A stretch of 63,193 nt of DNA, counting the filler, from Octopus bimaculoides (taxonomy: Eukaryota): the NCBI RefSeq assembly GCF_001194135.2. It is 6 parts of 6 records of this genome, joined end to end, with 100 filler letters (N's around TTAATTAATTAA, not from the genome) between each part and the next. Parts side by side here need not be neighbours in the genome. Positions count along the whole stretch, not along the records: positions 1 to 31,498 come from NC_069001.1; 5 more parts are not named here. One strand, written 5' to 3'. Positions 14,060 through 26,747 of this stretch are shown here, piece by piece. Every line of letters begins with the position of its first letter. The stretch's first letter is position 1. The translations under genes were made by a program, and so were the position numbers. The notes beneath the pieces were generated by a model. That model ran no database searches. It had not been told where the DNA came from and saw only the letters and a list, made by a program, of their open reading frames with translations.

Positions 14060-14620
14060 TAACTGTTCCTTCTTCAGTTTTCTGGCTTGGTTCTCCTTCT
14101 CCAAAGATATTCCAAACTCCTCCTCTTCCATCTGCTTCTGCTTTTTCTTCCCTCCTCCTGCTGCCCCTCTTTCTTCTGCTTCTGCTTTGTCTTCCCTCCT
14201 CCTGCTGCCCCTCTTTCTTCTGCTTCTGCTTCCCTCCTCCTGCCCCTCCTCTTTCTCCTGCTTCTGCTTTTTCTTCATCCTTCCACTTCTTTCCACCTCC
14301 TCCTCCTCCCTTTTCCTCCTCTTCCCCTCCTCCGTCTCCTCTGCCCCTCCTTCTCGTTGCTGAACTTGTTGCTGTTGTTGTTGCTGCTTTTCTTCGTCTT
14401 CTCCGTCATCTTTTTCTTCGTCTTCTCCGTCATCTTTTTCTCCTTGTTTGCCTGTTCCTTCGTTTTCTTCATCCTTTCTCTTCCACTTCTTCGACTTCCT
14501 CTTTTTTACTCCCCCTCCTTCCCTCTTTTCTTCCTCCGTCCCGTATGCCCCCTCCTTCTCGTTATTGATGGTTTTGTCTTGTTGTTTTTGTTCTACTTAT
14601 TCTCCTCCTCCTTTCTGTGT
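14060..14620. repeat. Pyrimidine-rich tract with a 44-nt minisatellite (~3.5 copies from 14131) and a 21-nt duplication
   Basis: Unit TCTGCTTCTGCTTTTTCTTCCCTCCTCCTGCTGCCCCTCTTTCT. Confidence 0.8.
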
Positions 14621-14869
14621 GCGGTCGTGTGTGTCTGAGTGTATTGGCTTCTGTTTCTCCTCCAACATCGCTTGACAACCGGTATTGGTTGTTTTTATAT
14701 CTTCTTTGGTAGCGAATCGGTACAACGTACAGTGTCAATAAATACCAGGCCTAAAAAGAAAACAAAATAGCGCCGGGAAGATTAGTTCGCCCAATATTCT
14801 AAAAGGCTATACCCGTTACATGGCCACTTTAGTATACCAATATAGTTTTTAGACCAGTAAAGGCACGAC

Positions 14870-15238
14870 GAATCTATCACCATCTACATTATACTCTGCC
14901 TCTCTGATACTGACCGACATGAATGGCCATGGTATTGCACCTAGAAAATCACCCTCCGAGGCCCAAGTCTGGGCAAGGTTGATTATGGAAGACCAGCAGT
15001 CGCTCATGCATACCAGTCTCTCCTCTCCATGCCACTGATGTTATCCAAGGGAAAGGCAAAGGGGCCGATACAGCTTGGCACCAATGCCGTCACAACTCAT
15101 TTCTGCAGCTGAGTGAACTGGAACAACGTGAAATAAAGTGTCTTGCTCAAGAACACAACACGCAGCCCGGTCCGGGAACCGACCTCACAACCTCACGATC
15201 GTAAGCTCGACGCTCTAACCACTGAGCCATGCGCCTTC
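14870..15238 (-). mobile_element. tRNA-derived SINE family B (representative copy)
   Basis: Head GGCGCATGGCTCAGTGGTTAGAG...TTGTGTTCTTGAGCAAGACACTT. Other copies at ~15922-16068, 22075-22285, 25895-26180(-), 38150-38390, 38830-39142(-), 41150-41550 and 43490-43703(-). Confidence 0.8.
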
Positions 15239-16254
15239 AACAGTGTAGGTTATACCACAAGGAAGTGCTTAGAAGTCTCTAGCTGCGATGTTCCATAACT
15301 TCTATTCATTGACACTTTTGTCATTAAATGATACTCTATATCTTCTCATAAGAGTGTGTGTGTGTGTGCAATGCACGTGTATGTGTGCATGTGAAAGTAT
15401 GTCTCTGCGCGCATATGTGTGTGAGAGAGAGTATAAAGCGTATGTATATATGTGTGTATGCATGTATGTATCTAGGCATGTAAGCATGTATGACTCCGAA
15501 TGGAAGTGATTTCTTTCAGCTTCAGTTCGTACCTAAGATTTTATAAATATCAAAAATGGCACTCCATCGTTTACGACGACGATCATTGTAGTTGTTCCGA
15601 TCAACGGAACAGCTAGCTCGTGAAATTAACGTGCAAATTGCTGACCACTCTCCGGACACGTGTACCCTTAAAATAGTTCCCAAGAAATTCAGCGTGATAT
15701 AGAATGTGACCAGGTAATGGTCATTTTTTCCAGCGCTACAGAATATCGAACTCATGACCCTACGATCATGAACTATATAGCCCTAACCTCTACACCAAGC
15801 TCCTTTAATTTTTGTTTTTATTACAAATATCAATGAAGAGGCACTATAATTAGAGAATTGTAGTCATAACTGTAAGATGCTTAGTTGCCTCAAATTTAGT
15901 TGTCCTGGACTAGACAGGGTGGGGGCGCGTAGCTTAGGAGCTTGGGTGTTGGAGTCTTGATGGTAAGATTGCGGTTTCGATTTCTGGACTGGGCGACGCG
16001 TTGTGTTCTTGAGCAAAACACTTAATTTCATGTTGCTCCAGTCCACTCAGCTGGCAAATAGGAGTAACGCATTCATAAGGTATGCTGCTATAGTAGGTGT
16101 TTCCATTATTTCGTCCAACCCTGTATATTCTTTTATTCTTTTGCTTCAGTCATTAGACTGCGGCCATGCTGGACCACCGTCTTGAAGGTTTTTTTTTTAG
16201 CTGAAGGGGTTTTTTACCTTGAAGGTTTTTTTTACTACTACTACTACTACTAGA

Positions 16255-16373
16255 CAGGTATAGCTTGATAGACAGATAGATAGAAAGGCGGATAGATAGA
16301 TAGATAGATAGATAAATAGATAAATAGATAGATAGAGAGATAGATAAATAGATAAATAGATAGATAGATAAAT

Positions 16374-16421
<48 letters not shown>

Positions 16422-16570
16422 ATAGACAGATAGATAAATAGATAGACAGATAAGTAGACAGATAGATAGATGGATATATACGAAGATAGAGAGAAAGCCG
16501 GATAGATGAATAGATAGATAGATAAATAGATAGAAATAGAGAGATAGCTAGAGTGAGAGATAGATATACA
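16255..16570. repeat. (GATA)n microsatellite, degenerate
   Basis: Direct reading. Confidence 0.95.
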
Positions 16571-17229
16571 GCTTAAAAAGTTAGGTAGGTATATGGGTGT
16601 GTGTGTTCGTAACGCATACTTTTAAAGATTTCTACCGAAGATTGATACAAAACCCAGCATCAATCAGCCACACCTGCACCGGCACGTCCTACACGACCGC
16701 CACGGTCACCACCTCCACCACCACCAACTATCACCATTGCCACTATCACTATCATTGTGATAGCTTCTATATCCGATAGGAGGGTAACGACGTCCATCCT
16801 CTTTACAACAACAACAACAATAACATAATCATCTTGGTCACTATCACCACCGTAGTGAACATGAAAATGATAGTGATGATGATGATGATGAAAAAGATTA
16901 TGATTTTGATAATGATGATAATGATGATCATGATGATGGAGGTGATCATCGTCATCATTGTCGTCGTCGTCACGACTGTCTGGTCTTGTCTTGCACGCCT
17001 GGAAGCACACGGTCCATTCCCCCTGTCTCATCTGACGTTTACTTGTTTTATATTTGCCGTCTCTTTCGACATTTCAAAACTGATGCCATCAAACGATACT
17101 GACTGCCTTTGTTCTCGATGTCTACTCTATTGTTATATATATCATGAGCACACACACACACATACACACTAACACATACATACATACATACATTACATAC
17201 ATACATACATACATACACTCATGCATGAA

Positions 17230-17262
<33 letters not shown>

Positions 17263-17282
17263 NNNNNNNNNNATACATATAT

Positions 17283-17321
<39 letters not shown>

Positions 17322-17402
17322 TATAATGCTTACAAATATATATGCATATATATATAAACACACATACATATATGCATATTTATATATGTATGAATCTGCA
17401 TG

Positions 17403-17448
<46 letters not shown>

Positions 17449-19349
17449 TGTGTGTATGCGTAGTGGTGGGTGTGGTACCCCGATGCAACAGCTCCGTCGT
17501 CAACACCAATACTACAATTAAACACCTCCAGTACCACACACACACGTGCGCGCGTGTCTCAGCCCCAGCCACCACTCCTCACCTCCATTGTCTTAAACGT
17601 ATATCTATTAAATATGAGATATTTGTTGGTTTTCCTTCCTCTATTCCAAAGATCGATAATCTGAGATCGAAGATATTCCGAACATCCACCGTCAATAATA
17701 TAAACGATCATTATTGGGAGCACAACTTTTCAGCGACATTATTTCTCATACATTTTACAAGAATGGACCCCTTATATATGTATTTAATCTTTTACGCGTT
17801 TGGCTTATTAGGCAGGGGCACCGCCTTGAAGAAATTTTCGTCGAATCTACCAGCTGGTAGTTCTTATTTTTTGTTATTCTAAACCTGGTATATATTCTAT
17901 AGGACTCTTTTGCCGTGCAACTAATTGACGAGAACGGAAACATACCAGCATTGGTTGTCAAGCAGAGACGGGGGAACAAACACAGATACTGAGGCACACA
18001 CACACACACACACACAGATATATACATACGTCTACCAAGGGTTTCGTCGGCCTAAAGCTATAGTAAAAAAAACCTTTCTCAAGATGCTACGCGGGACTGA
18101 ACCCGGAACCATGTGGTTGGGAAGCAAGCTCTTTACCACACAGCCACACCTGCACCTATTTTACAAGAAGTATTCGTTTAGGTTTTACGCAATTTGAGAA
18201 CCGAGAAGGCAGTTGTCTTTTCAAGACTCAGTCCATGAAATTATTTTAATGCATGTTTGTGGGTACGATTTGACGTTACTTTTTCCTATCATAGAGCATA
18301 CTCCTAGCCGCTTTACGTACTTTTAAAATCCACCTATATAATATAAATATACACCAGGCACGCACAAAAATGGCAGACATCATCTCAACTTAGTTTTACA
18401 TTATAAGGGTTGACAAACGATATTTTGCATATATTTGATAGAATAGTGGCCTCTCATTTGCACGCCGAGCAAAGTGTTTAGTCGCATTTCAAATTCCGTC
18501 AATGACGACTTCGCCCTTGATATATTCAGGGTCAATAAAATAAGCACCAGTTGAACACTGGGGTCGATGTAATCGACTGACCCTCTCCCTCAAAATCGCT
18601 AGCTTTGTGCCCCTCTATGCAGGCGGTGAACTGGTAGAATAGTTAGCTCACCGAACAAAACATGAAGCAGGGAATTCGTCCGTCTTTACTTTGAGTTCAA
18701 ATACGTAAATCTCTCACCTCTACAATTTCAATACTTAAGCATTAGCAAAACACTAGTATAGTACGGAGACATAAAACAGATGCATAGATAATAGAATTTC
18801 GCATAACTCTCCTCCAAAATTGAGCACACACATGATTATTAATTACTGTTAATCTCTATATCTCAGAGCCTTTCAAACCCATCTATATTATAGAAATGCG
18901 GACATGCACAAAAAGGGCAGACAGCATTTCAACTTTGTTTTACAATGTAATGGCTGACAAACGATATTTTGTGTTGTTGATCGTAAAGTGGCCCCCTCAT
19001 TAACACACCGAACAAAATACTTTTCATCTGTTCTTGTGTTCTGAATTCAAACTCCGTCGAGGTCGAAGTTGGGAGTTACATCAAACGCTTTAACGAACTA
19101 AAAATCTTATTCCTGAATATGCCCTGCTGAAATTATGGTATTTCTGATACGACCGTGCGTCTTTTATGTCCTCAAATACGGTAAACTATAAAACTCTATA
19201 TATCAGACGTACAGGATAAAACGTTGATACTAATGACTTGTAGGTATGTGGTACTTCGTTCTGCAACCAAAATATACTTCGTAGTATATTAAATGATTTC
19301 ATAAGTCAAAACCGTGTCCTACTGCGGTAGCAGTGCGCTTTTACATTAT

Positions 19350-19502
19350 TTGTTAAGGTTATCCCTACAGATATTCTATAAAAATAATAGCCAGCTCTGA
19401 TTTTTGCTAGTTTACATCTGACGTCTCGTATACGAAACGTAGTAACAAAGATCAATGCTGGTGATAATTTCTATAGTATACCTGAAGAGATAACCTTAAC
19501 AA
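19350..19502. repeat. ~150-bp imperfect loopless palindrome
   Basis: TTGTTAAGGTTATC...TCTCGTA|TACGAAACG...GATAACCTTAACAA; centre at 19430/19431. Confidence 0.8.
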
Positions 19503-19826
19503 AAAACGTTGACAGTATTACACCGTAGTTTACATTACAAGGACTTGTCCATTGATACTTTGTATTGTTCATATTGCAGCCACCACTTAGCATTTTAGTT
19601 AGCCTAATATGTTGACAACAGCCGAGAAATATTTTCCAATACGCATATCTACCTTCATTTTTTCAAAAATAAGGTCAAGATTGACATTACCCAACAATTA
19701 CCATCGTAATTCTTTCAACTCCAACACGGGTGGTACAATTTCATATTTCTCTTTGCAAAGTGGAGAGCACACGCTTGGCTACCAATTAGCGCGAATCTAT
19801 AACTTTCAGAATATTTCAGACGCACA

Positions 19827-19975
19827 TACCGTATTCTATGGCATATAAGACGCACTTTTTCCCACCAAAAGTTGTCTTCTAAAATCACCCAGAGTCCTAT
19901 GTGCGAAGTTGGGTGTGTATTACATGATTTAATGAACTAAAACCTTTTATTCCTGAATATACCTCACAGAGAAGA
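19827..19975 (+). mobile_element. Left part of a Tc2-like MITE, truncated at a SINE; a right-end fragment of the same family lies at ~19070-19183
   Basis: TACCGTATTCTATGGCATATAAGACGCAC left end; GTGCGTCTTTTATGTCCTCAAATACGGTA right end; shared internal segment. Confidence 0.6.
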
Positions 19976-21314
19976 ATTGTTAGCACGCTGGGAGAAATGT
20001 AAAGCGGAATTTCGTCCGTGTTTACGATCTCAGTTCAAATTCCGCTGAGGTCAGTTACGCACTGGGGGTCGATGTAAATCGGCTTAATCCCTTCCCCCAA
20101 ATTTGAGGCCTTGTGGTTCCAGCAGAAAGGATGATCATCATCATTATTATTATTATTATTATTAAAATGCTCAGCGGCATTTCGTCCGCCTTTTCACCCT
20201 AAGTTCAAATTCAGTCGAGGACTTGTGTCGATCTAATCGCCTTAACCCACTCCCGTAATTGCCTGACTTTTGAAAGAATTTGAAACGAATATTACGGCAG
20301 CAATTTCACATTTTAGATCGCCAAATATGCAGATAATGACAAAGAAACACTTTTTGATGCTCGAGTCTACCTGCTTCTTTTGAGATTCCACGAGCCTTAA
20401 CATTCTTTCAACACTACAACACGAACTCTGGTAAACATTCGCTATTAGTTTCCTATCACACATCGACCGGACGTAGAGAAATCTCTCTAGCATTTACACA
20501 GACATCAGTGATCTAAAAAGAGAACATTTCAATTATTCATTAATAACCTTCAAATTAAACAACGGAAAAATATTTCCTGCCCAGGAAGGAGACAGCAGAT
20601 GTGGAACAAACAACCAAACATGATATGGATGCATCAAAATTGAATAGATTCCCCGCAGTCACACAGGATGATTTATACATTTTAGATCGTTATATATCTT
20701 CACTATCTTTACGTTTGTCTTTCGTTATTCATGTAGTTTAATGGTTGGACGTTAATAATGAAACCGAAAAGAAATTGCAAAGAAAATAATATATAGACAA
20801 ATCAGCAATATTTCTATCTAAAATCTAAATGTAACGTTTATGAATTCAGTTAATATCGAGTAAAAACATCAATTATCAAAACAGCTGCAATTTCTTGTTG
20901 AATATGTTAAATTGGTTTCGATTTTTGTTGATTCACACAGTTCTTAATGATATAAATATTTATCACTTGCTGCTGACCATAAAACTTTTCAATATGTAGA
21001 CATTATTTAATAATTAAAAAAAAGTTATGTATTATGTGTGTGTATGTATGTATTTATATATATATATATATATACATATATATACACATACATGTGTGTG
21101 TGTGTGTGTGTGTGTGTATACGCGTGTGTGTGTATACGAGTGTGTGCGTGCGTATGTGTGAGTGTATAACAGATTATGTATATATACATACATGTGTGTA
21201 TATATATATATATATATATACATACATGTGTGTATATATATATATATATATACATACATGTGTATATGTATATGTGCACGTATGCACATATTCATTATGA
21301 TAAATAAGCGTGTG

Positions 21315-21353
<39 letters not shown>

Positions 21354-21363
21354 NNNNNNNNNN

Positions 21364-21403
<40 letters not shown>

Positions 21404-22917
21404 CGCACACAAATATATATACATATCTATGTATATGAAGTTAGATAAATAACTGTATATACGCACATGTGTGTGTATATATTTAGATACATACATATAT
21501 ATATATATGTTTATATATATACTGACACGCGCACATACACACAGACGTATAGAGTATTTGATTTTTCAGTTTTGTTTTCATTTCTGTCTTCATTATTTCA
21601 TAGAATAATAGATGTTAATACGTATGGATGTAATGTACACAGACTCGAGCAAACGCACAAATCACACATCTCCACACATATATTTATACACCTTTGCGTT
21701 TCATTAAGCCTGAGTGCTGCATCCAAAGCTTCTGTTACAATTAAACGTTAAATATTTAACTTAGGACACATATATCTATATCTATCTATCTATAGATATC
21801 TATATCCATATATATCTATCTATATCTATCTATCTATCTGTATCTATATTTATATAAGGGTATTACTATAGGATAATATATATGCCCTTATATGGATATA
21901 AATAAATAAATATATTCTTGGGAATAAAAATTGATGGTGTTTTTCCCCTTATGTGTTTTTTCACTCTAGCTTCTTAATAAAATTCTTGTAAAAGATTCTA
22001 TCCTATTATTGAATTAATTGAATTATCTACATATCTATATCTATATCTATCTATCTCTATATATAAATATATGAAGGCGCATGGTGTAGTGGATAGAACA
22101 TCGGGCTAACAAAAATGGTTGTGTTCTGGAACAGGTCACATTATTTCATGTTGCTCTCATTCACTGAGCTGTAGAAATGAGTTGCGACGTTTCTAGCGCC
22201 GAGCTCTATCAGGCTTTGCCTTCCCCTTGGATGACATCGGTGCAGAGGAGAGGGGAGGCTGGTATGCATGGTATACTGGCCTTCCATTCGTCGAACTGTT
22301 AAGTTACGGTGACGTTTAACACACCAACATTGTCTGTCAATCAATGATGGCCAAGTAAACACAGGCACAAACACACAAATATACATACATACATACAAAT
22401 AAATAGTATATAAATATATGTATATATATAGTATATATTTACATGCATATTTGGGCACAGGACTTCAAAAAGACGTTAAACACAATGAGAAACGAAAACA
22501 AAAACGAAAATATGGAAAACGAACTTTTTTTTCGAACAACGAAAAAAACAAACAGAGAAACGAGACATGCAACATAGAGAATATACCCCTTCTTCAGTTG
22601 TCCCTGTTTCATCTATTCCAACCCGCCTGGACCAAATTAAGGCTGAACTTTGGATCTTGGTGGGGGAACGCAGATCCTTAATTTACATGCTACAAATGAT
22701 GAAGATATTTGGGAATCTAAAAATCGAAAATATCTCCCTTTAAAACCTTATTACCAAGTAGATGGCCTCTGCAATTTTACTCTACGATTAAATGGAGGAA
22801 GAGAACACACATACAAATATACATCCGTATATACTTACACACACACACACACACACACATGTATATATGCACACATAAAAACAGGTACACATTTATCTAT
22901 CTATCTATTTACGTGAC

Positions 22918-22957
<40 letters not shown>

Positions 22958-23886
22958 TCGAAAAATACCCGAGAAATGAGAACCCAGGTTCGAAATTTCC
23001 CCAAGACTCATAATGAAGGGCTTGGAGGGCATATCAGCCGAAACGTTAACAGCAAACAAGATGAGGACAAATATCCGTTAAATGTAAATAATGTAAATAT
23101 CTATCTATCGATCGGTTTATCTTCCTATCTGTTTATTTAACTCACTACCTATTTACCTCTCTACCTATCTCTATGTCTCTCTGCCTATCCGTCTGTCTAT
23201 CGATCTGTCTATCAATCTGTCTGCCTGTATGTCTGGCCAAATATCTATCTCTATGTGTGTATGTCTGTATGTATGTATGTGTTGGTGTACAGGTTCATTA
23301 AATATTCTTGTATTTAGCATGATGCAAATTAAATATGAATTAATATTATATAACAGTAAAAGACGAAAACCCGTAAAACTATTTATCTATAATTATGCAT
23401 CTATATACCTATTCTATGAGGTAATATTCTGTTTGTGTGAAGATATCTTTAGACAGATCGATACACGCAATCAATTAAGTAGTTCCAAAGCAACAAACAT
23501 AAAAACATCAATTTATATATGCGTGTCTGTGTGAGCATCTTTATATGCATATGTATGTGTATATGTTTGTGTGTGTATGTATGTACGTATGCATATGAGT
23601 GCATTTCTATATGCGTATGTGTGTATGCCTGTATAGATTCGTTTTTGTAAATTACTAATTAACGCAAGTTCTTTAGTCATTTAATATTTCCATCAATAAA
23701 TACATACATATATATATATATANNNNNNNNNNNNNNNNNNNNNNNNNNNNNNNNNNNNNNNNNNNNNNNNNNNNNNNNNNNNNNNNNNNNNNNNNNNNNN
23801 NNNNNNNNNNNNNNNNNNNNNNNNNNNNNNNNNNNNNNNNNNNNNNNNNNNNNNNNNNNCTCACACACATACACACACACATACAG

Positions 23887-23917
<31 letters not shown>

Positions 23918-24715
23918 CAGCGTGCGATGGATAAATTGTCAATTTATACTTTTAATTAGACGCATGCGCATTGTTTTTGATTTCATCGACTACACAGTAT
24001 AGTAGGATCAGTTGGGCACCATTTGTGAGAACAACAGCACCATGATGCAATTCACTCTGCCAGGAATTTGGAAACGACATTCTGTACTGCTTAGCATTCG
24101 CGCCGGAAACTCCTATACAAACGTTTCACAGTTTAGGTGTGAATCTGAGGAGAGTGCAATCTGAGGACATGTACCGAGAGGGATAAAATCAAACACTCAG
24201 TCACCATCATGGTATTTGGAGTGATCGCTAGTTATGGCGAAGTTATATACCTCCATTCATCTTCCTACACGGCCTCAAACTTAACAGGGAGGCCTACATC
24301 AAATGCCTGGAAGAGATAGTGCTGCTCTGGGTAAAGAAGGTGCCTGCTGGAAGACCCTATGTCTGGCAACAGGACTCTGCACCATGCCACACAAGCAGGA
24401 GAACCCAGTCATGGCTGTTAGACAATTTCTGCGACCACATCACCTCTAACATCTGGCCCCATAACGCTCCAGGTTGCAAAACCACTAATTAATGGGTGTG
24501 GGGCGCAGTTGAATGAGAGGCCAACAAAACTCTCATGCCAGCAGCAATAACAGCTTTCATTATTTTAGAAGAGAAATGTGTGTAAATCCATTTCCTTTAT
24601 AACTGCTTAAAATTAATTCCTCTTACACACATAACCAGTTCAAATATTTGTGCAATTACAAACCTTTTCATTTACCTTATATATAGATATCTTACAGATT
24701 ATCCCTGCATCCACG
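23918..24715 (+). mobile_element. Degenerate Tc1/mariner (DD37D/maT-like) transposon
   Basis: Translated 24188-24510: VMVFGVI...PPFIF...YIKCLEEIV...RPYVWQQDSAPCHT...IWPHNAPG...VWGAVE, with stops and frameshifts. TA|CAG left end; right end uncertain. Confidence 0.75.
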
Positions 24716-26459
24716 AACTGAGAGTGCCAATAAAAGACATTTCTTTAAATTAATATATTTGTATATCTTTATATATTCATGAATATATATTTTTATCCCA
24801 TATTATGAGTTGTATTTCAAAGCTTGATATTCTCTAAATCTTCTTTCTCTTTAACAACGACGATGACTTTATATTCTTGCTTAGTGAACCAGGACGCATG
24901 GGATGGAGAATTGCTGAAGAGTTCACAACGTGTGACGAAAGATTTCAAACAACACTAAACTAACAAAAAATAATAAAGCTAAAGTGAAGAACAAATATAT
25001 AGTGTATGTGTTTATTTAGCAACCCTATCCCCGCAAAAAAAAAATAACTCACTCGAAATATAACAATATCTCTTTCAGCACACGATTTCCAATCAGAAAT
25101 CTTACAAAACAATTGCATAAACGTAAATATTACACTTATAAATATGATTTTCTTCTCGATTTTACAACGGTAAAACATATCACCGATGTTATGATTTACA
25201 GATATGTTCTGCGTTTGTCACCTGTGCTTGGCAACGGGTACTGGTCTGTTTACATCCCTGTAAACTAGCGGTTCGGCAAAAGAGACCGATTGAATAAGTA
25301 CTAGTCTTTAAAAAGAGCAATAAGTCTTGGGGTCAATTTGTTCGACTAAAATCCTTCAAGGCCTTGCTCAATCACGGTTGCAGGCAAATGACTGAAATAA
25401 GTAAAACAATAAAATTATACATCCAAATATTAATTGTAGCCCTCTACATGTTCTCATACACAAATGCGGCGATGAAAAACTGCCACTTCCGTAGTTTCCT
25501 CGCTCACTCTTCGTTGAAGTCACTCAAATGTAATTAGCATACATAATACTTAATGACACAAATAGTATTTAAATTATTGACCTCTAGATAATAATTACAT
25601 ATTTATACTAACGCCTGAATTACATCTCAACGGCTAACAAATACGAGATGCGATTCCTATATTATAACAAACATCGTTTCCGTATCTCGACATCATTTCT
25701 CTTAATTATCACCTATAATGTTAAAGATCACTTTCATCCCGGAAGCATTAAAACTATATGTAGATATAATGAGGCTGAAATTCATTAACCCAATAAATCC
25801 CTATATTTTGGAATATGGCATCTTTAAATAATATAATTCTATGGTTACGGATTATATATGAATGACATTGTGTTTGTTATGACGAAGTGTGTTCCGGTTG
25901 ATCCGATTAACGGAACAGCCTGCCCGTGCATATAAGGGTTAACGGGATGGGTACTCCACAGTCACAAATACTCTTGATGTATTTCTCAGGGAGATTCAGA
26001 GTGACACCAATTGTGACATTTGGCCTTTTGAAAAACAGGTACAACTCATTTTTGCTAGCTGAGTGGACCATAGAATCATAAAATAAAGTGCCTTACTCAA
26101 GGACACACCGCGCTGTCGGGGATCGAAATCAGACGTTACGATCGTGAAATGAATTGCCGAACCACTAAGTCACGCGCCTTAACAGATTATACGTAAAACT
26201 GGTTTCAGATTTTGACACAAGGCCAGTCGTTCGGGGGAAGGGGCTAAGTCAGTTATATCGGCCTCCAGTATTCAGCTGTTATTTATTTTATAGACTTCAA
26301 AGGGATAAAAAGCAAAGTCGACTTGGGCGGAATTTGAACTCAGAACGTGCTGACAGACGAATTTCTGCTATGCATTATGGCCGGTGAGTTAACGACTCCC
26401 CCCGCCTTGATTTTTGCGTAATATTAATTAAAGTCATTCGTTTTATAGGGAACAATATG

Positions 26460-26747
26460 AAATTCTAACTTGTTGTCTCTTGAGGTCTCTGAGTGAGACT
26501 TGGAGCCAACTTGTACAAATGCAAAGCAAAAGTCAAAATTAAAAAAAAAATATATTAAACTCTTGTTTCATTGGACACGAGGGCTAATATAAATCAAAAA
26601 CATGAAAGCACAAACACAGGACGATACAACAAAGGGCTTGGTAAGAAAAAAGTCCGTGTAAAAATAAGATCACAACGAAATACAGAGATACAACGAGATA
26701 CAGAAGTCTCAGACGGCCAGACAGAATTTCACGTTTATTAATATAGA
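26460..26747 (-). mobile_element. Possible non-autonomous Helitron-like element (5' end)
   Basis: Minus strand reads A|TCTATATTAATAAACGTGAAA followed by TGTC-like repeats. No CTAG 3' end was found. Confidence 0.35.

Noticed and set aside
20242-20493. 83-aa minus-strand ORF (also the 17590-17882 plus-strand frame)
   Set aside because: No family signature, and both run into SINE/repeat sequence.
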